From Geobacter sulfurreducens PCA (GTDB lineage: Bacteria; Desulfobacterota; Desulfuromonadia; Geobacterales; Geobacteraceae): a DNA stretch of 32,000 bases. Of this stretch, positions 1-7,659 are shown one piece after another (the stretch's first letter is position 1; each line of letters starts with the position of its first letter). The position numbers were made by a program, and so were the translations under genes. The stretch is taken from assembly GCF_000007985.2 (NCBI RefSeq), contig NC_002939.5:1110001-1142000 (forward strand), in the 5' to 3' direction. A model generated the notes under the pieces. The model did not search any database, was not told where the DNA came from, and saw nothing but the letters and a program-made list of their open reading frames with translations.

Positions 1-1398
1 GATATCAAAAAACTGCGCTACGCCAAAAAAGAGTACTTCTGGATCAACGACTCCAGCGCGCGTCTCGTGGCCCATCCCCTCAGGCCGGAAAACGAAGGAA
101 AGGACATGGGGGATTTCAAGGATGCCGACGGCAAGCTGATTTACCGCGAGTTCGCCAAGGCGGCCGGCGCAGAAAACGGCGAGTTGTTCGTGGACTACCG
201 CCAGATCAAGCCCAACGAGAAGACGCCCCTGCCGAAGGTTTCCTTTGTGAAGTACCACAAGCCGTGGGATTGGGTGATCGGTACCGGCATCTACGTGGAC
301 GACGTGAAGCGGGATATCACCATGCTGCGCTGGAAGATCATCGGCGCCATCGTTGTGGCCGGCGCGGTTGCCTGTCTGCTGGTTCTCTTTGCCGGGGTCA
401 GGATTACCCGCCCGCTCAAGGTCGTCGTGTCGAGCCTTGAGGATATTGCCCAAGGCGAAGGGGACCTGACCCGGCGGATCGACGTGGTGACCCGGGATGA
501 GGTGGGCGACCTGGGGCGTGCCTTCAACCAGTTCATCGAGAAGTTGCACAACATCATTTCCCAGGTTGTCCAGAACAGCATGCAGGTGGCGTCGGCCGCC
601 GCCCAGATTCACAGCACCTCCGAGCAGACCGCAACGGGCGCCGAGGAGGTTGCCGCTCAGGCCGGCACCGTGGCCACGGCCGGCGAAGAAATGGCCAGCA
701 CTTCGTCGGAGATCGCCCGCAACTGCATGGCTGCCGCCGAAAACTCGCGCCAGGCCAATGACACCGCCCTCAAGGGCTCCCATGTGGTGAAGGAGACCCT
801 GACGGTCATGACCCGCATCGCCGACCGGGTCAAGGAGTCCGCCCATACGGTCGAGTCCCTCGGGTCGCGCAGCGATCAGATCGGCGAGATCGTCGGTACC
901 ATCCAGGATATTGCCGACCAGACCAACCTGCTGGCGCTTAACGCCGCCATCGAGGCGGCCCGGGCCGGCGAGCAGGGCCGGGGGTTCGCCGTGGTGGCCG
1001 ACGAGGTGCGGGCGCTGGCGGAGCGGACCACCAAGGCCACCAAGGAGATCGGCCAGATGATCCGGTCGATCCAGCAGGAGACAAAGCTGGCGGTCTCTTC
1101 CATGGAGGAAGGGGTCAAGGAAGTGGAGAGGGGAACGTCAGAGGCCGCCAAATCGGGTGAGGCGCTGGAGGAAATCCTGCACCAGATCGGCGAGGTGACC
1201 AACCAGGTCAATCAGATCGCCACCGCCGCCGAGCAGCAGACAGCTACCACCAGCGAGATCAGCAGCAACATTCATGAGATCACCGAAGTTATTACCCAGA
1301 CAACCCGCGGCGCCCAGGACTCAGCCTCCGCCACCAGTGACCTGGCGCGTCTGGCCGAAGAACTTCAGCGTTTGGTGGGACAATTCCGCCTCTCCTGA
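1..1398 (+). CDS. mcp: Methyl-accepting chemotaxis protein MCP-1, 5' end cut by window edge; sCache_2-like sensor, TM, HAMP, MCP signalling domain
   Basis: Frame 1 is open from nt 1 ([26 protein letters not shown]...), so the Met at 67 is internal. Cache_2-type motifs YFWIND..HP and [72 protein letters not shown]. Hairpin-tip motif [44 protein letters not shown] at 1396-1398, followed by a terminator. Confidence 0.92.
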   Translation, partial: DIKKLRYAKKEYFWINDSSARLVAHPLRPENEGKDMGDFKDADGKLIYREFAKAAGAENGELFVDYRQIKPNEKTPLPKVSFVKYHKPWDWVIGTGIYVDDVKRDITMLRWKIIGAIVVAGAVACLLVLFAGVRITRPLKVVVSSLEDIAQGEGDLTRRIDVVTRDEVGDLGRAFNQFIEKLHNIISQVVQNSMQVASAAAQIHSTSEQTATGAEEVAAQAGTVATAGEEMASTSSEIARNCMAAAENSRQANDTALKGSHVVKETLTVMTRIADRVKESAHTVESLGSRSDQIGEIVGTIQDIADQTNLLALNAAIEAARAGEQGRGFAVVADEVRALAERTTKATKEIGQMIRSIQQETKLAVSSMEEGVKEVERGTSEAAKSGEALEEILHQIGEVTNQVNQIATAAEQQTATTSEISSNIHEITEVITQTTRGAQDSASATSDLARLAEELQRLVGQFRLS

Positions 1399-1430
1399 AG
1401 AGTAAATGGCTCCACAGAATCCCCATTGAT

Positions 1431-1459
1431 AAACCCGGCTCAGGCCGGGTTTATTTTTT
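1431..1459 (+). terminator. Rho-independent terminator after MCP-1
   Basis: Perfect 9-bp stem AAACCCGGC (1431-1439) / GCCGGGTTT (1444-1452), loop TCAG, then ATTTTTT (1453-1459). Confidence 0.85.
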
Positions 1460-1481
1460 GTGACCATTGCGAACTGCCGAT

Positions 1482-1508
1482 TAAAGTTTTTCGGGATTGT
1501 GCCGAAAT
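1482..1508 (+). promoter_or_regulatory. Sigma-28 (FliA)-type promoter candidate for MCP-2
   Basis: TAAAGTTT (1482-1489) - 11 nt - GCCGAAAT (1501-1508), against the enterobacterial consensus TAAAGTTT-N11-GCCGATAA. That is 8/8 at -35 and 6/8 at -10 with exact spacing. It lies just downstream of the MCP-1 terminator. Confidence 0.6.
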
Positions 1509-1655
1509 TACTATTGAATACGGCTTTCCCGGACGTGTCCCTCAAACGTCCCGTGGTACGGCAGTGGATACGGTTGGAGCGGCTCATCGTGAAGTTGTGA
1601 TGGAAGAGGAAGGAGAGGTTCGATGTGAATTTCCATTGGTACAAAGTTGTACGGA

Positions 1656-3593
1656 ATGGCAGGGCTTACGGTGCTGGGGCTGGCGGCGGTAACGGCGCTC
1701 TCCCTCTATGGGGTCAACCGCCAGGTTGCGGAGACCGAGACCATCGTTCAGGTGGACGCAGCCCAGGTGGATGTTGCCCTGAAGTCGCAGGTGAGCCTGG
1801 CGGAGGCGGTCCGGGCCTACAAGAATTACCTGGTGCGCAAGGACGACAAGCATGTGACCGGTTTCCGCGAGAGCATCGGTACCTTTGAGAAAAACATCGC
1901 CGAATTCGAGAAACTGGCCAACACCGATGGGGAAAAGGCCGCGGTCGGCAAGGCAAAGGAAGAGCTGGGCAAGTACCGGGGATGCATCGATGAACTGGTA
2001 GCGGCGCGCGGTGCCAGTGACGATGTGGCCGCCATTGACCGCAATCTTGCCCGGGGGATTGACCGTCCTCTCGAGGCAGCGGTGAAGGAGATGGAAAAGG
2101 CGGCCCGGCAAAGCTTTGGCGATAGCCGTGCCGCCCTGGCCGCTTCGTCCAAGCGTCTGCTCGTGGGCCAAGCGGTTTTCTCGGTGATCGTGGCCCTGCT
2201 GGCTGCCGGCTTCGGATTCAATACGGCCCGCCGTTTCGTGTTCCGGCTCGGCAAATTTTCCGAGATGATCGCCCGGGTGGCGGACAGCGACCTGACCGCC
2301 CGTGTGGTGATCAGGGCCGATGACGAATTGGGTGACATGGGGCGTACGTTCAACCGGATGGTGGAGAATTTCGAACACATGCTTACATCGATCCAGAACG
2401 CGGTGCTCAACCTTTCGGAGTCTGCCCGCACCCTGAGCGTCACGTCGGAGCAGATCGCCACCGGCGCCGAGGAAATGGCCTCCCAGACCGGGACCGTTGC
2501 CACTGCCAGCGAGGAAATGGCGGCCACCTCCCAGGAGATCGCCCAGAACTGTTCGACCGCAGCCGACGTGGCCCGGAATGCGAGTGCCAGTGCCCGGTCC
2601 GGCGCGGCTGTGGTGCAGCAGACCATCGGCGCCATGGAGCGCATCACCGAGCGGGTGCGCGATACCGCCCGAACGGTCGAGGCCCTTGGCGCGCGCAGCG
2701 ACCAGATCGGCGAGATTGTCGGCACCATCCAGGATATTGCCGACCAGACCAACCTGCTGGCTCTGAACGCCGCCATCGAGGCGGCACGGGCCGGTGAGCA
2801 GGGGCGCGGTTTTGCCGTGGTGGCCGACGAGGTGCGCGCCCTGGCCGAGCGGACCACCCGGGCAACCCGCGAGATTGCCGAGATGATCAAATCCATCCAG
2901 CAGGAAACGCGGGGAGCCGTTGCGTCCATGGAGGAAGGGGTCGTTGAAGTGACGCAGGGGAGTGCCGATGCGGCCCGCTCCGGAGACGCACTGCGGGAAA
3001 TTCTCGACCAGATCGAGCAGGTGACGGGCCAGGTGGCCCAGATCGCCACGGCAGCGGAGCAGCAGACCGCCACCACCAGCGAGATCACCATGAACATCCA
3101 GCAGATCACCGAGGTGGTGGGCCATACGGCCCGCGAAGCGGGCGAGAGCGCCGATGCCGCCACCGGGCTGGCAACGCTGGCCGATGAACTGCAGACCGAA
3201 GTGAGAACGTTCAAGACGTCCGGAAGCGAACTTTTCATTCTGGAACTGGCCAAAAAGGACCATAGCGGTTTCGTCACCACGGTAGAGGCGGTCCTCGTCG
3301 GGCGCCGGCGCATGGAGGCGGGTGAGCTCTCCACCCACCATACTTGCCGCTTCGGCAAATGGTATGAGGGTGACGGCAGGCAGCTGTGCGGGCACTTGGC
3401 CAGCTACAAGGCTATCTACGCACCCCACGAGCGGATCCACTCACTGGCCCGTGACGTGGTTGCTGCGGTGAACGGCGGGGACCGAGACCGGGCAGCCCGC
3501 CTCTTCCCCGAGTTGAAAGAGCTGTCACGGGAGATCATTACCCGCCTCGACGATATCCGCCGCGAGTTCGAAGCCCAACGCGCGGCGGCGTGA
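1656..3593 (+). CDS. mcp: Methyl-accepting chemotaxis protein MCP-2; periplasmic helical-bundle sensor, HAMP, MCP signalling domain, C-terminal CZB (chemoreceptor zinc-binding) domain
   Basis: The ORF opens at TTG 1647 and the first ATG is 1656; neither has its own SD. TM1 [18 protein letters not shown], helical periplasmic region, TM2 [41 protein letters not shown] tip motif identical to MCP-1. The C-terminal ~120 aa carry the CZB signature H-x27-C-x-F-G-x-W-x21-H-x3-H (KDHSGF...[10 protein letters not shown]...APHERIH). Confidence 0.9.
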   Translation: MAGLTVLGLAAVTALSLYGVNRQVAETETIVQVDAAQVDVALKSQVSLAEAVRAYKNYLVRKDDKHVTGFRESIGTFEKNIAEFEKLANTDGEKAAVGKAKEELGKYRGCIDELVAARGASDDVAAIDRNLARGIDRPLEAAVKEMEKAARQSFGDSRAALAASSKRLLVGQAVFSVIVALLAAGFGFNTARRFVFRLGKFSEMIARVADSDLTARVVIRADDELGDMGRTFNRMVENFEHMLTSIQNAVLNLSESARTLSVTSEQIATGAEEMASQTGTVATASEEMAATSQEIAQNCSTAADVARNASASARSGAAVVQQTIGAMERITERVRDTARTVEALGARSDQIGEIVGTIQDIADQTNLLALNAAIEAARAGEQGRGFAVVADEVRALAERTTRATREIAEMIKSIQQETRGAVASMEEGVVEVTQGSADAARSGDALREILDQIEQVTGQVAQIATAAEQQTATTSEITMNIQQITEVVGHTAREAGESADAATGLATLADELQTEVRTFKTSGSELFILELAKKDHSGFVTTVEAVLVGRRRMEAGELSTHHTCRFGKWYEGDGRQLCGHLASYKAIYAPHERIHSLARDVVAAVNGGDRDRAARLFPELKELSREIITRLDDIRREFEAQRAAA

Positions 3594-3623
3594 GCACTGA
3601 CCCCCCACTAGTCTCCACATCAG

Positions 3624-3653
3624 GGGCCGGTTTCGACCGGCCCTTTCAGTTTG
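3624..3653 (+). terminator. Rho-independent terminator after MCP-2
   Basis: 7-bp GC stem GGGCCGG (3624-3630) / CCGGCCC (3637-3643), loop TTTCGA, then the T-rich tail TTTCAGTTTG. Confidence 0.65.
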
Positions 3654-3664
3654 TCTCTCGGGGT

Positions 3665-3705
3665 GAACGTATACGCCGTCCGGCTCGCGCGGCGCGTATA
3701 CGTTC
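3665..3705. repeat. Perfect 12-bp inverted repeat (candidate operator or hairpin) upstream of MCP-3
   Basis: GAACGTATACGC (3665-3676) and its exact reverse complement GCGTATACGTTC (3694-3705), separated by 17 nt. Each arm contains the self-palindrome CGTATACG. Confidence 0.8.
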
Positions 3706-3725
3706 GCAGACGATGGCGGTCGTGG

Positions 3726-3734
3726 TGCTATACT
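3726..3734 (+). promoter_or_regulatory. Extended -10 promoter candidate (TGcTATACT) for MCP-3
   Basis: TG (3726-3727), then c, then TATACT (3729-3734), against TGnTATAAT. No good -35 at 17 nt. It lies 20 nt downstream of the 12-bp inverted repeat and about 80 nt upstream of ATG 3814. Confidence 0.35.
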
Positions 3735-3813
3735 GCTGATCCCGCGTACTATTCGCGGGATGGCAGGGTGTGCACCGCACCGGCCTACTCTACGTGCCTC
3801 TGGAGATGCTTCC

Positions 3814-5415
3814 ATGAAAATCAGGACCAAATTCGTAGTCGTCAATCTGTTGATCGTCTGCTGCGCCCTTGCCGCCGTGGCGGCCGCCTGCCTCGTGGAG
3901 TTCAACCGCGAGTTGCGCCGCCAGGCCGTGACCTCCCAGGAGATCAGACTCAAGACCTTCTGGGAGCTGTTACGCCAGAAGGGGGACGGCTTCACCGTCG
4001 CCGACGGTAAACTGATGGCAGGCAGCTATGTCATCAACGATAATTATGAGCTTCCCGACAAGCTGAAGGAGCTGACCGGGGGGACCGCCACCATTTTCAT
4101 GGGGGATACGCGGGTCTCCACCAACGTGCTCAAGCCGGACGGAAGCCGCGCCGTCGGAACCAAGCTGCAGGGCGCCGCCTACGACGCCGTAATAAAGGAA
4201 GGCAAACCCTACCGGGGGGAGGCGGATATCCTCGGCGTTCCCTACTTCACCGCCTACGACCCGATCCGCGATTCCCGGGGCGAAGTAATCGGCGTACTCT
4301 ACGTGGGGGTCAAGAAAGGCGATTTCTATGCGTCCTACGAGAGTCTCAAACTGACAGTGGTCGGAATCGTGCTGGTCATCGTGCTGCTGGCCGCCGTTGC
4401 CAGTAAGGTAATCATCCACCGGCTCTTCACCCCCCTCAATCGTATGCACGACGTGCTGCGGGACGTGGCCCAGGGTGAGGGTGACCTGACTCAGCGGCTC
4501 GATTACCTCGCACAGGACGAGGTCGGCGACATGAGCCGGTCGTTCAATTCATTCATGGACAAGCTCCACGGTATCATCACCCATGTTGCCCGGACCGTGG
4601 AGCAACTCGCCTCGTCCGCGTCCCAGGTACACGGCTCTGCCGAGCAGATGGCCGCCGGCGCGGGAGAGGTGGCCTCCCAGGCGGGGACGGTGGCCACGGC
4701 TGGCGAGGAGATGGCCGCCACGTCCACCGAGATCGCCCAGAACTGCGCCATGGCCGCCGAAGGGGCGCGCCGGGCCAGCAGCACGGCCACTGCCGGGGCT
4801 GAGGTGGTTGGGAACACGGTAACGGTGATGGACCGGATCGCCGAAAAAGTTAAGAACTCCGCCCGCACGGTGGAACGGCTGGGGGAGCGCAGCGACCAGA
4901 TCGGAGAAATAGTCGGCACGATCGAGGATATTGCCGATCAGACCAATCTGCTGGCGCTCAACGCTGCCATCGAGGCGGCCCGCGCCGGAGAGGCGGGGCG
5001 CGGCTTCGCCGTGGTGGCCGACGAAGTGCGGGCCCTTGCCGAACGGACCACTAAAGCGACCCGTGAAATCTCCGGCATGATCAGGGCCATCCAGGCGGAA
5101 ACCCTGGAGGCGGTTTCCTCCATGGACGAAGGAGTCAGGGACGTGGAGACCGGCACCGCCGAAGCTGCCCGTTCGGGGGAGGCTCTGCGGGAAATTCTCG
5201 ACCAGATTACGGCGGTGTCGATGCAGGTGAACCAGATCGCCGTGGCCGCCGAGCAGCAGACGTCCACCACCCGAGAGATCAGCGGCAACATCCAGCAGAT
5301 CACCGAGGTTGTGGAGGGGACCGCCCAGGGCGCGGACGAGTCGGCATGCGCGGCCGGCGGGCTGAATCGGCTGGCGGAGGACCTCCAGCGCATGGTGGGG
5401 CAGTTCCGGCTGTAG
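3814..5415 (+). CDS. mcp: Methyl-accepting chemotaxis protein MCP-3; Cache_3-Cache_2-like single Cache sensor, HAMP, MCP signalling domain
   Basis: ATG 3814 ([13 protein letters not shown]...) sits 8 nt after GGAG (3802-3805); the ORF-track start at 3760 adds a non-protein-like leader. Sensor motifs: [93 protein letters not shown]. Tip motif with [23 protein letters not shown] 5413-5415. Confidence 0.9.
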   Translation: MKIRTKFVVVNLLIVCCALAAVAAACLVEFNRELRRQAVTSQEIRLKTFWELLRQKGDGFTVADGKLMAGSYVINDNYELPDKLKELTGGTATIFMGDTRVSTNVLKPDGSRAVGTKLQGAAYDAVIKEGKPYRGEADILGVPYFTAYDPIRDSRGEVIGVLYVGVKKGDFYASYESLKLTVVGIVLVIVLLAAVASKVIIHRLFTPLNRMHDVLRDVAQGEGDLTQRLDYLAQDEVGDMSRSFNSFMDKLHGIITHVARTVEQLASSASQVHGSAEQMAAGAGEVASQAGTVATAGEEMAATSTEIAQNCAMAAEGARRASSTATAGAEVVGNTVTVMDRIAEKVKNSARTVERLGERSDQIGEIVGTIEDIADQTNLLALNAAIEAARAGEAGRGFAVVADEVRALAERTTKATREISGMIRAIQAETLEAVSSMDEGVRDVETGTAEAARSGEALREILDQITAVSMQVNQIAVAAEQQTSTTREISGNIQQITEVVEGTAQGADESACAAGGLNRLAEDLQRMVGQFRL

Positions 5416-5444
5416 ATGACACTGCCGATTCCGGTTTTCATAAG

Positions 5445-5470
5445 AGCCCGCGCCTGTCGCGGGCTTTTTT
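5445..5470 (+). terminator. Rho-independent terminator after MCP-3
   Basis: Stem GCCCGCG (5446-5452) / CGCGGGC (5458-5464), loop CCTGT, followed by TTTTTT (5465-5470). Confidence 0.88.
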
Positions 5471-5490
5471 GTAACAAATTATATTTTACC

Positions 5491-5517
5491 TAAAGTCAAT
5501 CAGGAAAATCCCGATAT
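5491..5517 (+). promoter_or_regulatory. Sigma-28-like promoter candidate for the MCP-4/MCP-5 unit
   Basis: TAAAGTCA (5491-5498) - 11 nt - CCCGATAT (5510-5517). That is 6/8 and 6/8 against TAAAGTTT-N11-GCCGATAA with correct spacing. It lies in an AT-rich stretch right after the MCP-3 terminator. Confidence 0.45.
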
Positions 5518-5629
5518 GGAATATGGTAATACCTGTTAATTAGCCGTGACACTCCGGTGGGCAGGATAAGGTGCGATCCGCCGGAGGAGCCGGTTGCAGT
5601 CATCTCTCAATGCGAAGGAGTTAACGCGG

Positions 5630-7618
5630 ATGGTCACCATGAAGATCAGATCAAAGATGCTCTGTATTCTTCTCTTCCCGCTGCTCGGTCTCGTCTACTT
5701 TGCCGCCATGGAAATGGCGGACAACTACCGCGCCATGGCAAGCGCCCGAAGCGTGAGGACCCTGACGCAACTGGCGGTCAAGGCGAGCGCCATGATTCAC
5801 GAGGCCCAGAAGGAACGGGGCATGACCGCCGGGTTCCTGGCATCCGGAGGAGGCCGTTTCGGCGATGAATTGTCCCGCCAGCGCAGCGAGACCGACGGTC
5901 GGATCAGCGATCTCAAGGCGTTCGTCGCGGCCAACAGTGAAGGGCTTGCACCGGTGCGCGCGGCACTGGACAAGGCCATGGCCGACCTCGGCCGGATTGG
6001 CGACGTCCGCGGCTCGGCCACGTCACTCCAGTTGGCGGGCAAGGAATCGTTCGCCTTCTATTCGAGGCTCATCGGCTCCTTCACGGACCTCGTTACGCGG
6101 ATCGCCCGCACCAGTTCCCATCACGATCTTTCCCGCGAGATCAGCGCCTATGCCGCGTTCATCAATGCCAAGGAGCAGGCGGGCCGCGAGCGGGCAACCC
6201 TCAATGCCGTGTTCACGGCCGGCTCCTTCGATGACGAGACCTATCGCCGCTTCGTCTCGATTCTGGCGGCCCAGGACGCGTACCTGCATCTTTTCGCCGC
6301 CTATGCGGACGACGGGGCCATGGCGCTGCTCAAGGAGAAGATGACCAGCCCCGCCGCCGCCACGGTGGAAGACATGCGCAGCCGGGCCCTTGAGCGGCAC
6401 CGGGAGGGATCGTTCGAGGTCGACCCCCAGGTCTGGTTCACGACCATTACCGAGAAGATCAATGCCATGAAGCAGGTTGAGGACCAACTCTCGGCCGGAG
6501 TCATGGCAACGGCGGACCGGCTCGCCAATACCGCCTCCACGGCCATTGTCCGTGACGGAGTCATCACTCTGGCGCTCCTTGTCATGGCGATCGCCGGGGG
6601 GCTCTTCCTCGTCGGCAGCATCACCGCCCCCTTGCGGACCATGCTTGCCATGCTGAAAGACATGGCCGAGGGGGAAGGCGATCTCACCAAGCGCCTTGAT
6701 GCGGACAGGGGCGACGAGTTGGGCGAGATCAGCGCCTGGTTCAACACCTTCATCGACAAACTCCACGGCATCATCTCCCGTGTCGCCCAGACCACCGCCG
6801 AGGTGGCGTCTGCCGCGGCCCATGTCTACGACACGGCCGAGCAGATGGCCACCGGCGCCGAGGAGGTGGCGGCCCAATCCGGCACCGTGGCCACGGCCAG
6901 CGAAGAGATGGCTGCCACATCCGCCGAGATTGCCCAGAACTGCTCCCTGGCATCGGAGGGGGCGAACCGTGCCTCCCAGTCGGCCGATGACGGGGCCGGC
7001 GTGGTGGAAGCCACCGTGCGGGTGATGGGGTATATCGCCGAGCGGGTGAACGTGGCGGCCCGGACCGTCGAAAAGCTTGGGGAGCGGGGTGTTCAGATCG
7101 GGGAGATCATTGAGACGATCGAAGACATTGCCGACCAGACGAACCTTCTGGCGCTGAATGCCGCCATCGAGGCGGCCCGCGCCGGGGAAGCCGGCCGGGG
7201 CTTTGCGGTCGTGGCCGATGAGGTGCGTGCCCTGGCCGAGCGGACCACGCGGGCGACCCGCGAGATTGCCGGCATGATCAAGGCAATCCAGTCGGAAACC
7301 AATGACGCGGTAAGCTCCATGGAAGAGGGCGTGCGGGACGTGGAAGCCGGCACCGGCGAGGCCGCCCGGTCGGGTGAAGCGCTGAAGGACATTCTTTCGC
7401 GGATCAACGACGTGGTCCACGAGGTGCACCAGATCGCAACCGCAGCCGAACAGCAGACCGCGACCACGAACGAGATCAGTCGCAACATGCAGGAAATTAC
7501 GGATGTCGTCCAGCAGACGGCACATGGCGCCCAGGAGTCTGCCTTGGCCGCCGAGCGACTCAAACGCCAGGCCGAGGAGTTGCAGCGGCTGGTGGGACAG
7601 TTCCGGCTGGCGACATAG
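5630..7618 (+). CDS. mcp: Methyl-accepting chemotaxis protein MCP-4 with NIT (nitrate/nitrite-sensing type) sensor domain, HAMP, MCP signalling domain
   Basis: ATG 5630 is 9 nt after AAGGAG (5615-5620). NIT-like motifs: [66 protein letters not shown]2 [48 protein letters not shown] tip motif. TAG 7616-7618. Confidence 0.88.
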   Translation: MVTMKIRSKMLCILLFPLLGLVYFAAMEMADNYRAMASARSVRTLTQLAVKASAMIHEAQKERGMTAGFLASGGGRFGDELSRQRSETDGRISDLKAFVAANSEGLAPVRAALDKAMADLGRIGDVRGSATSLQLAGKESFAFYSRLIGSFTDLVTRIARTSSHHDLSREISAYAAFINAKEQAGRERATLNAVFTAGSFDDETYRRFVSILAAQDAYLHLFAAYADDGAMALLKEKMTSPAAATVEDMRSRALERHREGSFEVDPQVWFTTITEKINAMKQVEDQLSAGVMATADRLANTASTAIVRDGVITLALLVMAIAGGLFLVGSITAPLRTMLAMLKDMAEGEGDLTKRLDADRGDELGEISAWFNTFIDKLHGIISRVAQTTAEVASAAAHVYDTAEQMATGAEEVAAQSGTVATASEEMAATSAEIAQNCSLASEGANRASQSADDGAGVVEATVRVMGYIAERVNVAARTVEKLGERGVQIGEIIETIEDIADQTNLLALNAAIEAARAGEAGRGFAVVADEVRALAERTTRATREIAGMIKAIQSETNDAVSSMEEGVRDVEAGTGEAARSGEALKDILSRINDVVHEVHQIATAAEQQTATTNEISRNMQEITDVVQQTAHGAQESALAAERLKRQAEELQRLVGQFRLAT

Positions 7619-7659
7619 GATGGTATGAACTGCCGGGATGAACGATCGGGAGGATAGGA

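Noticed and set aside
1625-1888. 87-aa ORF starting at GTG 1625 as an independent gene
   Set aside because: After the first dozen residues the translation is Gly/Pro/Arg-rich nonsense overlapping the MCP-2 frame. Only its first ~10 codons are of interest, as covered in the start-stop/frameshift finding.
1584-3440. Very long antisense ORFs opposite MCP-2 (618 aa at 1584-3440 and 510 aa at 1826-3358, minus strand)
   Set aside because: They mirror a confidently identified MCP gene. Their products are Gly/Arg/His/Pro/Leu-rich with no recognisable motifs and no SD. Long stop-free antisense frames are expected in GC-rich genes with a strong GC3 bias.
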